Origin: an uncultured Chloroflexia bacterium
Lineage (GTDB): Bacteria; Chloroflexota; Limnocylindria; Limnocylindrales; CSP1-4
Direction of reading: 5' to 3'
Assembly: GCA_963813335.1 (NCBI GenBank)
Contig: CAWEYL010000003.1
Coordinates: forward strand, 96,001-160,000
DNA: 64,000 nucleotides
Part shown: piece by piece, positions 8,449 to 19,903 of the stretch
Position numbering within the stretch: the first letter of the stretch is position 1
Layout of the letters: each line of letters starts with the position of its first letter
The notes under the pieces: generated by a model
Told to the model about the DNA's origin: nothing
What the model saw: the letters and a program-made list of their open reading frames with translations, nothing else
The model's database searches: none
Position numbers and translations under genes: made by a program

Positions 8449-9705
8449 ATGGCAGAACGCGATCTCGACCGGATCATCGACCGGGTGGACACGGCCAGGG
8501 TGAGCCGGCGCGGCTTCCTGGCAGCGTCCGGTCTGACCGGCATGGCGGCCTTCCTGGCGGCGTGCGGCGCGAGCGGCTCGTCGAGCGCCCCGTCGGCGGC
8601 GGCATCGGCCTCCGCGGCGGCATCGGCCGCGGCATCGGCCGCGCCATCGCTCGCAGAATCGGCGGCGCCGTCCGGCCCGATCGGCGGGACCGGGACGACC
8701 GAAGGCGCCTTCTACCTCTACAACTGGGCGGACTACACCGACCTCAACAACATCGAGACGTTCAAGAAGAACTACGGCATCACCGACTGGTCGTACGACA
8801 CGTTCGGCTCGAACGACGAGATGATCACGACCCTGCAGGGCGGCAAGATCGGCCAGTTCGACGTGTCGGCGCCGACCTCCGACCTCGTCCCGACCCTCGT
8901 CGCCGACAAGTTCATCCAGAAGATCGACTGGTCGAAGGTTCCGAACGTCAAGTACATCAATCCGGCGTTCAGGAAGCAGTGGTGGGACCCGAACGACGAG
9001 TACAGCCTGCCGAAGGACTGGGGCACGACCGGGATCACCGTCCGCACGAAGGACGTCAAGGAGCCGCTCACCACCTGGAAGCAGTTCTTCGACCTTGGTG
9101 AGAAGTACTCCGGGCGGATCATCGCGGTGAACTCGCAGGTCGACGTCTTCGCTGCCGCGCTGAAGGCACTCGGCTATTCGGTCAACACCGAGGACAGCAC
9201 CCAGCTCGACGAGATGAAGAAGCTCCTCCTCGGCTGGTCGCCGCATCTCCTCGCCCTCAACTCGGACACCTATGAGGTCCCCCTGGGGAACGAGGAGGCC
9301 GTCCTCGGCCTGACCTGGACGGGTGGCGTATCGGACCTGAAGAAGGCCGCGGCCACGGCGGACACGCAGTACATCATCCCGGACGACGGGACCCTGTACT
9401 GGGTGGACACCTGGGTCATCCTCGCGGAGGCGCCGCATCCGCAAGCGGCCCACGCCTGGCTCAACTTCATGCAGGACCCGCAGATCAACGCGATCGAGAC
9501 CGAGACGAACCAGTACGCCACGCCGAACGACGAGGCGAAGAAGTACATCTCGCCGGAGACGCTCAACGACCCGGTGATCTTCATCCCCGAAGACGTGGTC
9601 AAGGCGGGCATCGGCTCGGGCAAGTGGGAGGTCTCGAAGGACTGGTCCGGGAGCACCCAGCGCAGCGATATCTGGGCGGAGTTCTCGGCCAAGATCGGCA
9701 AGTAG
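8449..9705 (+). CDS. potD: Polyamine ABC substrate-binding protein, Tat-exported lipoprotein
   Basis: SRRGFL twin-Arg motif, lipobox LAAC, YNWADY, WGTTGI, YIIPDDGTLYWVD; GGAGGAGG RBS. Confidence 0.88.
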   Translation: MAERDLDRIIDRVDTARVSRRGFLAASGLTGMAAFLAACGASGSSSAPSAAASASAAASAAASAAPSLAESAAPSGPIGGTGTTEGAFYLYNWADYTDLNNIETFKKNYGITDWSYDTFGSNDEMITTLQGGKIGQFDVSAPTSDLVPTLVADKFIQKIDWSKVPNVKYINPAFRKQWWDPNDEYSLPKDWGTTGITVRTKDVKEPLTTWKQFFDLGEKYSGRIIAVNSQVDVFAAALKALGYSVNTEDSTQLDEMKKLLLGWSPHLLALNSDTYEVPLGNEEAVLGLTWTGGVSDLKKAAATADTQYIIPDDGTLYWVDTWVILAEAPHPQAAHAWLNFMQDPQINAIETETNQYATPNDEAKKYISPETLNDPVIFIPEDVVKAGIGSGKWEVSKDWSGSTQRSDIWAEFSAKIGK

Positions 9706-9724
9706 CCGCCGCGCGCGAGTCCCC

Positions 9725-10624
9725 ATGGCCACGGTGACGGCGCCCGCCCCGAAGCGGGCGTCGTCCGCGCCACGGTTCCGGTCCGGGCTGCTGACCGGCC
9801 TGCTCATCCTGCCCGCGGGCCTGTGGTACCTGATCCTGCTCGTCGCGCCGATCGCGATCGTCATCCTGTTCAGCTTCGGCCGCCGCGGGGCTACCGGCGG
9901 CTACGGCGGCGGCTTCACGCTCGACAACTACGCCGGGGTCCTGAACCAGCCGGACCCGATCATGACCAGCCTCTTCCTCGCGACCGCGGGGACGATCCTG
10001 TGCCTCCTCATCGGCCTTCCCCTCGCCTACTACATCGCGACCCGGGCCGGCACCCGCAAGTCGCTCTACCTGATCCTCCTGGTCATCCCCTTCTGGACGA
10101 GCTTCCTCATCCGGACCTATGCCTGGCTGATGATCCTGGGGCCGGATGGGGCGGCCGGGTTCATCGGCGACCTGACCGGCAACCCGAGCTTCCGGATCCT
10201 CGGGACGGAGCAGGCGGTGCTGATGGGGCTCGTCTACGGCTACCTGCCGCTGATGGTGTTCCCGCTCTACGTGACCCTCGAGCGGATGGACCGGACCCTC
10301 GTCGAGGCGTCCAAGGACCTCGGCGCCGGACGCTGGGCGACCTTCCGCCAGATCACCCTGCCGGTGATGATGCCGGGCCTCATCTCGGGCAGCATCCTCG
10401 TCTTCATCCCGATGATGGGCGAGTACGTCATCCCCCAGATCCTGGGCTACGGCCAGGTCTTCACGATGGGGAACGCGCTCGTCCTGCGCTTCCTCGAATC
10501 GCGCAACTGGCCCGCCGGCGCCGCCCAGGCCGTGGCGCTCATCGTGGTCATGCTCATCACGATCACGGTCTACCTGTGGTACCTGAACCGCGGCCGGCGT
10601 GACCGCGACGTGAGCATCCTGTGA
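9725..10624 (+). CDS. potB: Polyamine ABC permease
   Basis: PFWTSFLIRTYAW, YGYLPLMVFPLY, EAA motif EASKDLGA. Confidence 0.9.
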   Translation: MATVTAPAPKRASSAPRFRSGLLTGLLILPAGLWYLILLVAPIAIVILFSFGRRGATGGYGGGFTLDNYAGVLNQPDPIMTSLFLATAGTILCLLIGLPLAYYIATRAGTRKSLYLILLVIPFWTSFLIRTYAWLMILGPDGAAGFIGDLTGNPSFRILGTEQAVLMGLVYGYLPLMVFPLYVTLERMDRTLVEASKDLGAGRWATFRQITLPVMMPGLISGSILVFIPMMGEYVIPQILGYGQVFTMGNALVLRFLESRNWPAGAAQAVALIVVMLITITVYLWYLNRGRRDRDVSIL

Positions 10625-11580
10625 CCGCGCCGTCGATCCCGGCCGCCGCGGCCCGGCCGACCCGTGGCCGCGCGCGCCGGCGGGTGGACCGCGGCGCCCA
10701 GGCCGTCGAGGTCTGGCTGCGCGCGCACACCGCCCTGGTCCTGCTGTTCCTGTACCTGCCGATCGTCGTCGTCGTCGTGTTCAGCTTCAACGGCACCGCG
10801 CGCCGCGTGACCCAATGGGACGGCCTCAGCCTGCGCTGGTACGAGTTCGTCCTCGCCAGCGCGGAGATCCAGAAATACCTGTGGAACAGCCTGATCGTCG
10901 GGTTGGCGACCGGCATCATCGCCACCGTCGCCGGGACCATGGCCGCCCTCGGCCTGCAGCGCGCGCCGAAGTGGTTCCGCATCCCGTTCGACGGCCTGAC
11001 CTACGTCAGCATCATCGTCCCCGAGCTCGTGATCGCCCTGGCCACGCTGGTGTTCTTCGCGAGCACCATCGGCCGCGACGGCGTGATCACCAACGCGACC
11101 GGCGTGGAGCTCGGGTTCGGGTACCACACCATCGTGGGCGCCCTGACGCTCTTCAACATCAGCCTCGTGATCCTCCTCGTCCGGGCGCGCATGGCCGGGA
11201 TGGACCGCAACCACGTCGAGGCCAGCTTCGACCTGTACGCGACGCCGTGGCGGACGTTCTGGCAGATCACCTTCCCCCAGCTGCTGCCCGCGATCGTGGC
11301 CGGGTTCCTGTTGTCGTTCACGTTCGCCTTCGACGACTACCTCATCACGACGTTCGTCAACGGGCGCGGGACGTCGACCCTGCCGCTGTACGTCTTCGGC
11401 CAGATCAAGCGCGGCGTCACGCCGGCGACCAACGCGGTCGCCTCGCTGATGCTGCTCGTGACCCTGGCGCTGCTCATCGGCGGCCAGTTCCTGCTGACCC
11501 GCAACAGCCGCCGGCGCGGCGGCGAGGGCGGCCAGGTCGGCGGCGTCGTGGGGATGGTCACCGAGCAGTCGGGCGGCTGA
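10621..11580 (+). CDS. potC: Polyamine ABC permease
   Basis: FLYLPIVVVVVFSFN, EASFDLYA, FTFAFDDY, TLPLYVF; GTGA overlap with potB. Confidence 0.9.
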   Translation: MTAPSIPAAAARPTRGRARRRVDRGAQAVEVWLRAHTALVLLFLYLPIVVVVVFSFNGTARRVTQWDGLSLRWYEFVLASAEIQKYLWNSLIVGLATGIIATVAGTMAALGLQRAPKWFRIPFDGLTYVSIIVPELVIALATLVFFASTIGRDGVITNATGVELGFGYHTIVGALTLFNISLVILLVRARMAGMDRNHVEASFDLYATPWRTFWQITFPQLLPAIVAGFLLSFTFAFDDYLITTFVNGRGTSTLPLYVFGQIKRGVTPATNAVASLMLLVTLALLIGGQFLLTRNSRRRGGEGGQVGGVVGMVTEQSGG

Positions 11581-11613
11581 CCGCGCGGTCCGGAAGACGC
11601 GCTCAGGCGGGGG

Positions 11614-12873
11614 TCAGGGCGGGCTGAGCCAGACGGTCGGGATCGCGGCGTCCGGGGCGCCGAAGGTGCCCACGGCGGCGAACCCGCCGCCGACCGCGGT
11701 GATGCCCTCGATCTTGCCCTGGCTGAGCGCGGCCGACTCGTTCGCGCGTTCCCAGGTCAGCGCGTCCGTCGAGACCCACGCGACGCCGGTCGGATACTGC
11801 GTCCCGAACAGCCGATGGCCGACAGCGACCAGCCGCGTGCCATCCCAGGCGACGTCGTGCATCTCGATCCCGAGCCCGAAGTTGTCGAGGCTCGGGGCAT
11901 CGGGCGCGATCGTCCAGGCGGCGCCGTCCGTCGAGCGCCAGACGACGGCCCGCGTGCTGTCCGCCGAGTTCCCGACGGCGACCAGCCCCAGCGCGCCGGC
12001 CGGTGCCAGCTCGCGCATCACCCCGGCCCGCAGGGCGGGCTGGTCGGCGACCCGGGTCCAGGTCCGGCCATCGCGCGAGGTCCAGGCCGCCGACCCGTCT
12101 GCCGTCCGGGCGTCCCCGGTCGCCCCGACCGCGACGAACCCGGTCCCGGGCATGGCCTCGACGGCCGCCACCCGCGTGCCGGCGGGAGTCCCGTCCAGCG
12201 TGCCGCGGGTCCACGCGCGGCCGTCCGGGCTCCACCAGAAGCGGGCCTCGATCGGGCCGGCCAGCCCGCCGAGGTAGCCGACGGCGACGTAGCCCGCGGG
12301 CGAGCTCGCGACGCCGGTCATGCGCACCTGGGTCGAGTCATGGAGGTCGGGGGCGTCCGGCGCGGCCGACCAGGAGCGGCCATCGGTCGAGGACCACGCG
12401 GCCGCATGGTCGCCCGCGGACCCGACGGCCACCACGCCCGCCGGGCCGTCGCTCACCGCCACCGCCTGCGAACCGTCCGCTGCCGGGAAGGCGGCGATCC
12501 TGCCCCACCGCCGGGCATCCGTGGACAGCCAGGCGCTGGCCGTCACCGCCCGGTCGTCGTAGCCCACCGCCACGAGGCCGACCGACGTCAGCGCGACGTC
12601 GAGGAGGTCGGCCTGACCGCCCTGGTAGTGCTCGGGGTGGCCGAGCGAACCCGGGTTGATGTAGGGCGGGGTGGACGCCGTCGCATCACCGGGCGGCGCA
12701 TCGACCACGTCGGCCTTGCCCCAGTCGAGCCCCAGGACGTGCGTGGTCGGCTCGGGCGTGGGGACCGCCGTCGGTGACCCGGCAGGCTGGACCGGGGCCG
12801 TCCCGCAGCCGGCCGCGAGGACGCCGGCGACCAGCAGGCCCGCCGCCCGGCCGCGCGATGAACGGGGGCTCAC
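11614..12873 (-). CDS. Lipoprotein with Asp-box/BNR repeats (sialidase-like propeller)
   Basis: Lipobox LAAGC; six W-x-S-x-D-(G/A)-x-x-W repeats. Confidence 0.75.
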   Translation of the reverse strand: MSPRSSRGRAAGLLVAGVLAAGCGTAPVQPAGSPTAVPTPEPTTHVLGLDWGKADVVDAPPGDATASTPPYINPGSLGHPEHYQGGQADLLDVALTSVGLVAVGYDDRAVTASAWLSTDARRWGRIAAFPAADGSQAVAVSDGPAGVVAVGSAGDHAAAWSSTDGRSWSAAPDAPDLHDSTQVRMTGVASSPAGYVAVGYLGGLAGPIEARFWWSPDGRAWTRGTLDGTPAGTRVAAVEAMPGTGFVAVGATGDARTADGSAAWTSRDGRTWTRVADQPALRAGVMRELAPAGALGLVAVGNSADSTRAVVWRSTDGAAWTIAPDAPSLDNFGLGIEMHDVAWDGTRLVAVGHRLFGTQYPTGVAWVSTDALTWERANESAALSQGKIEGITAVGGGFAAVGTFGAPDAAIPTVWLSPP

Positions 12874-12889
12874 CCCAGGGCGATCGCGG

Positions 12890-14110
<1,221 letters not shown>

Positions 14111-14170
14111 CGGGTGGGGACGGCCTCCTGGGCGTGGTTCGGTCGGACGGAGGGTAGCACGCGACGCCCG

Positions 14171-15745
14171 TCAGACCCCCGTGCGGACCGCCTCGAGGTC
14201 GAGATCCCGTTCGACGCGGCGGAGCGCCTCGTCGCCGATCGCGCCGTCGTCGCGCAGGCGGATGACGGCCTCGCGCTGGGCCGCCACGATCGACAGCCGG
14301 ATGGCCTGGTGGTCCAGCCGTTCCTGGTCCTCCTCGTCGGGCGCCCCCTCCGCCCCGTTCGTCGCGTGGCTCGCCTCGTGCTCGTAGCGCTCGCGCAGCT
14401 GGACCACCAGGGGGAGGTGGTCGGGGAATTCCTCGGCCAGCCCGTCGAGGCGGAGCAGCGCCGCGTCGACGGCCGCCTGGCGGGCGACGGCCTCCTCGCG
14501 CTCGGCGCTCGTGCCGGCCACGATGCCCAGCCGGCGGATGACCCACGGCAGCGAGAGGCCCTGCCCGACGAGCGTGGCCAGGATGACGCAGTAGGCCAGG
14601 TAGATGATCAGGTCGCGGCCGGGTACCGCCAGCGGGAGCGACAGCGCGGCGGCCAGCGAGACCACGCCGCGCATCCCGGCCCACGACACCACGAAGACCG
14701 AGGCCGCCGGGGCCGGCGCGCCCGCCCGGACCTTCGCGCTGAGCCAGCGCGGCACGTAGGTCGCCGGGAACACCCAGACGATGCGGGCCAGGATCACGGT
14801 CAGGCTGATCGCGACCCCGAGCCCGATCAGCTCCGCGGTGCTGCGCTGGAGCCCGACCAGGATCGCCGGCAGCTGCAGGCCCACGAGCAGGAACGCGAAG
14901 CCGTTGATCACGAAGATCAGGACGTTCCAGACGCCGCGGCCCGCGAGCCGCCCATCGGGTGACAGGGCGCGCGCGGCCTTGCGGCCGGCGATGACGCCCG
15001 CCGTGACGGTGGCGAGCACGCCGCTCAGACCGAGGGTCTCGGCCGACAGGTAGGCGATCAGCGGCGCCAGCAGCGAGAGGGCGATCTCGAGGGTGGCGTC
15101 GGTCGTCCGTCGCCACGCCGCCACGACCGCCGTCCCCACGACGATCCCGACGAGCACGCCACCCACCCCGACGACGACGAACGACGCGCCCGCCCCGACC
15201 AGGGAGAAGGACCCGGTCGCGATCGCCAGCACCGCGACGCGGAACAGGATGAGGGCGGATGCGTCGTTGATCAGGCTCTCCCCCTCCAGGATCGTCACGA
15301 CCCGCGACGGCACGCCGAGGCGGCGGAAGATCGCCGTCGCGGCGACCGCGTCGGGCGGCGCGACGATGGCCCCGAGCGCGACGGCCGGCCACCAGCCGAG
15401 ATCGGGGATCAGCGCGTTGGCGACGAGCGCGACGGCGATGGTGGTGAACAGGACGAGCCCGATCGCCAGGAGCCCGATGGGGCGCAGGTTCGCCTTGAAA
15501 TCGCGGATGGGCGTGTCGAACCCGGCCCCGAACAGGATCGGTGGCAGGAAGAGCAGGAAGACGACATCCGGCGGCAGCTCGATCACCTGGATGTCGCCGA
15601 TCCGCGAGAAGACGAACCCGAGGGCGAGGCCGCCCAGGACGAGGGCGATCGGATACGGGATGCCGATGCGCCTGGCCAGGTAGGCGAGCCCGAGGGCCAC
15701 CACCAGCAGCAGCAGGACGAGTTCGATCGCGGTCTGGGCGTCCAT
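14171..15745 (-). CDS. Na+/H+ antiporter, CPA1 family
   Basis: FLPPILF, PPDAVAA, LEGESLINDA, WAGMRGVVSLAAAL, C-terminal ERDLDLE. Confidence 0.92.
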   Translation of the reverse strand: MDAQTAIELVLLLLVVALGLAYLARRIGIPYPIALVLGGLALGFVFSRIGDIQVIELPPDVVFLLFLPPILFGAGFDTPIRDFKANLRPIGLLAIGLVLFTTIAVALVANALIPDLGWWPAVALGAIVAPPDAVAATAIFRRLGVPSRVVTILEGESLINDASALILFRVAVLAIATGSFSLVGAGASFVVVGVGGVLVGIVVGTAVVAAWRRTTDATLEIALSLLAPLIAYLSAETLGLSGVLATVTAGVIAGRKAARALSPDGRLAGRGVWNVLIFVINGFAFLLVGLQLPAILVGLQRSTAELIGLGVAISLTVILARIVWVFPATYVPRWLSAKVRAGAPAPAASVFVVSWAGMRGVVSLAAALSLPLAVPGRDLIIYLAYCVILATLVGQGLSLPWVIRRLGIVAGTSAEREEAVARQAAVDAALLRLDGLAEEFPDHLPLVVQLRERYEHEASHATNGAEGAPDEEDQERLDHQAIRLSIVAAQREAVIRLRDDGAIGDEALRRVERDLDLEAVRTGV

Positions 15746-15760
15746 CGGTCGCGACCCGGG

Positions 15761-17758
15761 TCAGTCGGTGGCGGACGGCGCGGCGGTCGCCGCCGTGGCC
15801 GCGGCGGATCGTGCCCGCCACGCGTCGAGGCCCGCGAGCTCCACCGGCTCGACCGCGTCGGCGGGCTCGAAGCCGAAGACCTGGCCGAGGAACGAGATCT
15901 CGGCCTCGAGCGAGCGGCGGATGGCGGCCGCGCCGCGGAACCCGTGGCCCTCGCCCGCGAAGGCGAGGTACGCGTACGGGATGCCGTTCGCGGCCAGCGC
16001 CGCGACGATCGCCTCGGCCTCGGCCGGGACGACCACCCGGTCCTCGAGGCCCTGCAGGACCAGGACCGGGACGGCGATCCGGTCGAAGGCGTGGACCGGC
16101 GAACGGCTCCGATAGCGCTCGATGGCCGCCGGGTACGGGCCGACCAGGCGGTCCGTGTAGCGCGACTCGAACTTGTGCGTGTCGCGGGCCAGCGTCGCGA
16201 GGTCGCCGACGCCGTAGGCGCTGATCCCGGCGGCGAACCGGTCGCGGAACGCGAGCGCCGCGAGCGTGGTGAACCCGCCGGCGCTGCCGCCGGAGATCAC
16301 CATCCGGCGCGGATCCACGACGCCGCGCTCGACCAGGGCGTCGGCCGCGGCCACGCAGTCGTCGACGTCGACGACGCCCCACGCCCCGTCGAGCTGGCGG
16401 CGGACGTCGCGGCCATAGCCGGTGCTGCCGCCGTAGTCGACGTCGACGATCGCGACCCCTCGGCTCGTCCACAGCTGGATGGCCAGGTTGAGGCTGGTGG
16501 AGGCGTTCGAGGTCGGCCCGCCGTGCACGAGCACCCGCAGGGGCGGCAGCTCGCCGGGCGGGCCGACGAACGCGGGGTTGCGGGGTGCGTAGTAGAGCGC
16601 GTGCGCCGTCCGGCCGCCGCTCGTGGCGAACTCGATCGGCTCGGGGATGGAGATGACCGTCGCATCGAGGGTCAGCGAGCTCGCCCTGCGCAGGACCCCG
16701 GCCGGCGCGAGGGTCTCGGTGTCCAGCCGGACCACGACGGCGGGACTGCCAGGGGCGCCGGCAAGCGTGATGACCCCGGCGGGCCCTGCCTGGAGGCCCT
16801 CGAACTCCGTGAACCCGCTCTCGACCTCGCCCACGAAATCGCCCGGGGCGATGTGGAACAGCCGGTCCCGGCCGGCGCGGCGACCGACCGCGACCAGCGA
16901 CCCGTCGGGCAGGAACGCGTACGACGAGCGGCCGAAGATCCAGGCCGGGTCGGCGAACTCCGCCTCCATCGGGGCCAGCGGCTCGAGCCGCGGGCCGTCC
17001 ACGAGCCGATACAGGTTCCACCAGCCGCTCCGGTCCGAGACGAGGTGCAGCGTGCCGTCCGGGGCGAACTCGGGCTGGACGATCGATTCGTCCGGTCCGC
17101 CCGCGGCCAGGACCGGCTCGCCGAGGGTCCCGTCCGGCCCGATCGACGCGACCCGCAGGCGGGTCGCGTCCCAGGGCATGTCGGGGTGGTCCCACTCGAG
17201 CCAGGCGAGCCGCGACCCGTCCGGGGAGACGCGCGGCGACGAGACGAAGTCGGGCCCCGAGACGAGGACGCGCGGGTCGCGGTCGCCGTCGAGCGGCACG
17301 TCGACGATCTCGTTGACCGCCTCGCCCTCGCCGCCGTGATCCTCGCGGACCGCGATGAAGCGACGGCGCGCGGCGTCGAACCGGAGATCGGCGTAGCGCC
17401 ACGGGCCGGGCGGCGTGATCGCGACGGGGGTCGTGACCCCGGGGTCGAGCCGGTAGAGCCGGCTGTCGGCGCCGTCGGAGAAGGCCACGACCCCGCCGGC
17501 GACCGCATAGGCGCCGCCGCCGTACTCGTGGACCCCGGTCCGGACCGAGATCGGCGCGTCGGTCAGGTCCGCGATCGAGCCGTCCGCGGCCGCCCGGACC
17601 AGGACCCGCCGGCCCGCCTCGGCCGGGCGGCCTTCCAGCCAGTAGACGTCGTCCCCGTCGAGCCATGGCTCGGCAAGGGTGACCAGGTCGCCGACGAGGT
17701 CGTCCACCCGGACCGGGCTGCGCCACGATCCGTACGGCGCGACCTCCGGTTCGGTCAT
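15761..17758 (-). CDS. S9 family peptidase (acylaminoacyl/dipeptidyl peptidase)
   Basis: APYGSWRSP N-terminus, HGGPT, GGSAGG nucleophile, QGLEDRVV, GEGHGF. Confidence 0.92.
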   Translation of the reverse strand: MTEPEVAPYGSWRSPVRVDDLVGDLVTLAEPWLDGDDVYWLEGRPAEAGRRVLVRAAADGSIADLTDAPISVRTGVHEYGGGAYAVAGGVVAFSDGADSRLYRLDPGVTTPVAITPPGPWRYADLRFDAARRRFIAVREDHGGEGEAVNEIVDVPLDGDRDPRVLVSGPDFVSSPRVSPDGSRLAWLEWDHPDMPWDATRLRVASIGPDGTLGEPVLAAGGPDESIVQPEFAPDGTLHLVSDRSGWWNLYRLVDGPRLEPLAPMEAEFADPAWIFGRSSYAFLPDGSLVAVGRRAGRDRLFHIAPGDFVGEVESGFTEFEGLQAGPAGVITLAGAPGSPAVVVRLDTETLAPAGVLRRASSLTLDATVISIPEPIEFATSGGRTAHALYYAPRNPAFVGPPGELPPLRVLVHGGPTSNASTSLNLAIQLWTSRGVAIVDVDYGGSTGYGRDVRRQLDGAWGVVDVDDCVAAADALVERGVVDPRRMVISGGSAGGFTTLAALAFRDRFAAGISAYGVGDLATLARDTHKFESRYTDRLVGPYPAAIERYRSRSPVHAFDRIAVPVLVLQGLEDRVVVPAEAEAIVAALAANGIPYAYLAFAGEGHGFRGAAAIRRSLEAEISFLGQVFGFEPADAVEPVELAGLDAWRARSAAATAATAAPSATD

Positions 17759-17765
17759 CCGCGGA

Positions 17766-19040
17766 TCAAGTGCCGTGCTGCCACGAGGACACGTAGGCGG
17801 CCTGCTCGGCGGTCATCGGCTCGAGCACGATGCCCAGCGCGGCCAGCTTGAGCCGTGCGACCTCGGCGTCGATCGCCTCGGGGACGACGTAGACCTTGGC
17901 CTCCAGCTCGCCGTGGTGCAGCGCCACGTACTCGGCCGACAGCGCCTGGTTAGCGAAGCTCATGTCCATCACCGCGGCCGGGTGGCCCTCGGCGGCACCG
18001 AGGTTGACCAGGCGACCCTCGGCGATGAGGTGCAGCTTCTTCCCGCCCAGGTCGAACTCCTGGACGTTGTCGCGGACCTCGCGGACGTGGCCCTCGGCCA
18101 GCTCGCGCAGGGCGGCCAGGTCGAGCTCGGCGTCGAAGTGGCCCGAGTTCGCCATGATCGCGCCGTCGCGCATGGCCTCGAAGTGCTCGCGGCGGAAGAC
18201 GTTGAGGTTGCCGGTCGCGGTCACGAAGAGCTCGCCCCAGCGGGCGGCCTCGCTGTGGGTCATCACCGAGAAGCCGTCCATCAGCGCCTCGAGCGCGCGG
18301 ACGGGGTCGACCTCGACGACCGCGACATGGGCGCCGTGGCCGTCCATCCGCGAGGCGATCCCCTTGCCTACCCAGCCATAGCCGGCGACGACGACCTTGC
18401 GGCCGGCGATGAGGATGTTGGTCGCGCGCAGGATCCCGTCGACCGTGCTCTGGCCGGTGCCGTAGCGGTTGTCGAAGAGGTGCTTGGTCTGGGCCTCGTT
18501 GACCGCGACGACCGGGAAGCCGAGCGCGCCGTCCGCGGCCATCGCCTTGAGGCGGATCACGCCGGTCGTGGTCTCCTCGGTCCCGGCGAGGACCTCCTTG
18601 ACCTGCCCCGGGCGCTCGCTGTGGAGCAGCGAGACCAGGTCGCAGCCATCGTCCATGGTGATCTGCGGCCGCGCGTCCGCGACGGCGTTGAGATGCGCGT
18701 AGTAGGTGTCGCGGTCCTCGCCTCGGCGCGCGTACGTCGCGATCCCGTATTCGGCGACGAGCGCCGCGGCCACGTCGTCCTTGGTCGACAGCGGGTTCGA
18801 GGCCGCGAGGAACACCTCCGCGCCGCCGGCCTTGAGGGTTCGCATCAGATTGGCGGTCTCGGTGGTGACGTGGAGGCAGGCGCCGATGCGCAGCCCGTCG
18901 AGCGGGCGGTCGCGCTCGAAGCGCTCGCGGATCAGGCGCAGGACGGGCATCTCCCGCTCGGCCCATTCGATACGTCGGACGCCTTCGGCCGCGAGGCCGA
19001 GGTCCGTGACGTCGTGGGCGGGGGCCGTGGTGGCGGTCAT
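17766..19040 (-). CDS. ahcY: Adenosylhomocysteinase
   Basis: [63 protein letters not shown]; TGATG coupling at 19040. Confidence 0.97.
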   Translation of the reverse strand: MTATTAPAHDVTDLGLAAEGVRRIEWAEREMPVLRLIRERFERDRPLDGLRIGACLHVTTETANLMRTLKAGGAEVFLAASNPLSTKDDVAAALVAEYGIATYARRGEDRDTYYAHLNAVADARPQITMDDGCDLVSLLHSERPGQVKEVLAGTEETTTGVIRLKAMAADGALGFPVVAVNEAQTKHLFDNRYGTGQSTVDGILRATNILIAGRKVVVAGYGWVGKGIASRMDGHGAHVAVVEVDPVRALEALMDGFSVMTHSEAARWGELFVTATGNLNVFRREHFEAMRDGAIMANSGHFDAELDLAALRELAEGHVREVRDNVQEFDLGGKKLHLIAEGRLVNLGAAEGHPAAVMDMSFANQALSAEYVALHHGELEAKVYVVPEAIDAEVARLKLAALGIVLEPMTAEQAAYVSSWQHGT

Positions 19041-19903
19041 CAGGTGTCGGTCTCCTTGCGGGCGAAGAGGCGGCGCAGCGGCGCCGCGAGGTCGGGCCAG
19101 GGCGAGCCCAGGCGATGGATGAGGCGTTCCTCGAAGCGGGTGTGCTCGGCAAACCCGAGCCTGCGGTAGGCGTTCAGGGCGGGCGGGTTGTCGGCTCGCA
19201 CGTTGAGCACGACCTGGTCGCACGAGCGGAGGAGCTCGGCGGTGACCGCCCCGGTCACCGCGGTCGCGAACCCGCGTCCACGATAGTCGATGTGGGTCAG
19301 GACGTTGCCGATGACGGCGAGCCGCGCCGTCGGGCTGATGACGTGCGTGCCGGCCGCGGCGACCAGCATGCCGTTCGCGCGGACGCCGTAGTAGACGCCC
19401 TCGGTGATCGCCCCGGTCGGCAGCCACGAGGCGAAGCCGAGCTGGTAGAGCCGGTTCAGGTCCCCGATGTCGACCGGCAGGATGCGCTGGACCGTGGCCG
19501 GGTACGGGCGGAAATGGGCCCGGTCGACCCACATCCGGACCATCTCGGGCCCTGGGTCGACGCGGTAGAAGGCCGCGACCGCGGCCATGACGTCGGGGCG
19601 CATCGCCGCGTACGCCGCGCGCGGGCGGATGACGTCGCGGAGGATCGTGGCGATGCCGTCGGGGCGGCCCATGACGAAGAGCGGCTGCGGGGTGGGGCCG
19701 TTGTACTCGAGGACCAGCGAGACCGGCGAATCGCCGGCCCACGCCACGCCCCAGCGCGTCCGGGCGAACTCGCGCTCCTCAAGGTCGCAGAGCGCGTAGG
19801 CGCTGTACAGCCGGTCTCCCTCGAGGAACGAGCGCAGGAGCGCCCGGTCCGTGGTGGTGCGGGCCACCAGGTCGTCGCGTCGCCCCATCGCGACCGTGAC
19901 CAT
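19040..19903 (-). CDS. GNAT acetyltransferase (FR47-like C-terminal domain)
   Basis: [19 protein letters not shown] acetyl-CoA motif [20 protein letters not shown]. Confidence 0.88.
   Translation of the reverse strand: MVTVAMGRRDDLVARTTTDRALLRSFLEGDRLYSAYALCDLEEREFARTRWGVAWAGDSPVSLVLEYNGPTPQPLFVMGRPDGIATILRDVIRPRAAYAAMRPDVMAAVAAFYRVDPGPEMVRMWVDRAHFRPYPATVQRILPVDIGDLNRLYQLGFASWLPTGAITEGVYYGVRANGMLVAAAGTHVISPTARLAVIGNVLTHIDYRGRGFATAVTGAVTAELLRSCDQVVLNVRADNPPALNAYRRLGFAEHTRFEERLIHRLGSPWPDLAAPLRRLFARKETDT

Noticed and set aside
14111-14170. Possible SAM riboswitch upstream of metK (and SAH riboswitch before ahcY)
   Set aside because: Only 60 nt, holding a -10-like element and an RBS, with no SAM-I/II/IV core; ahcY has no leader because it overlaps the GNAT stop
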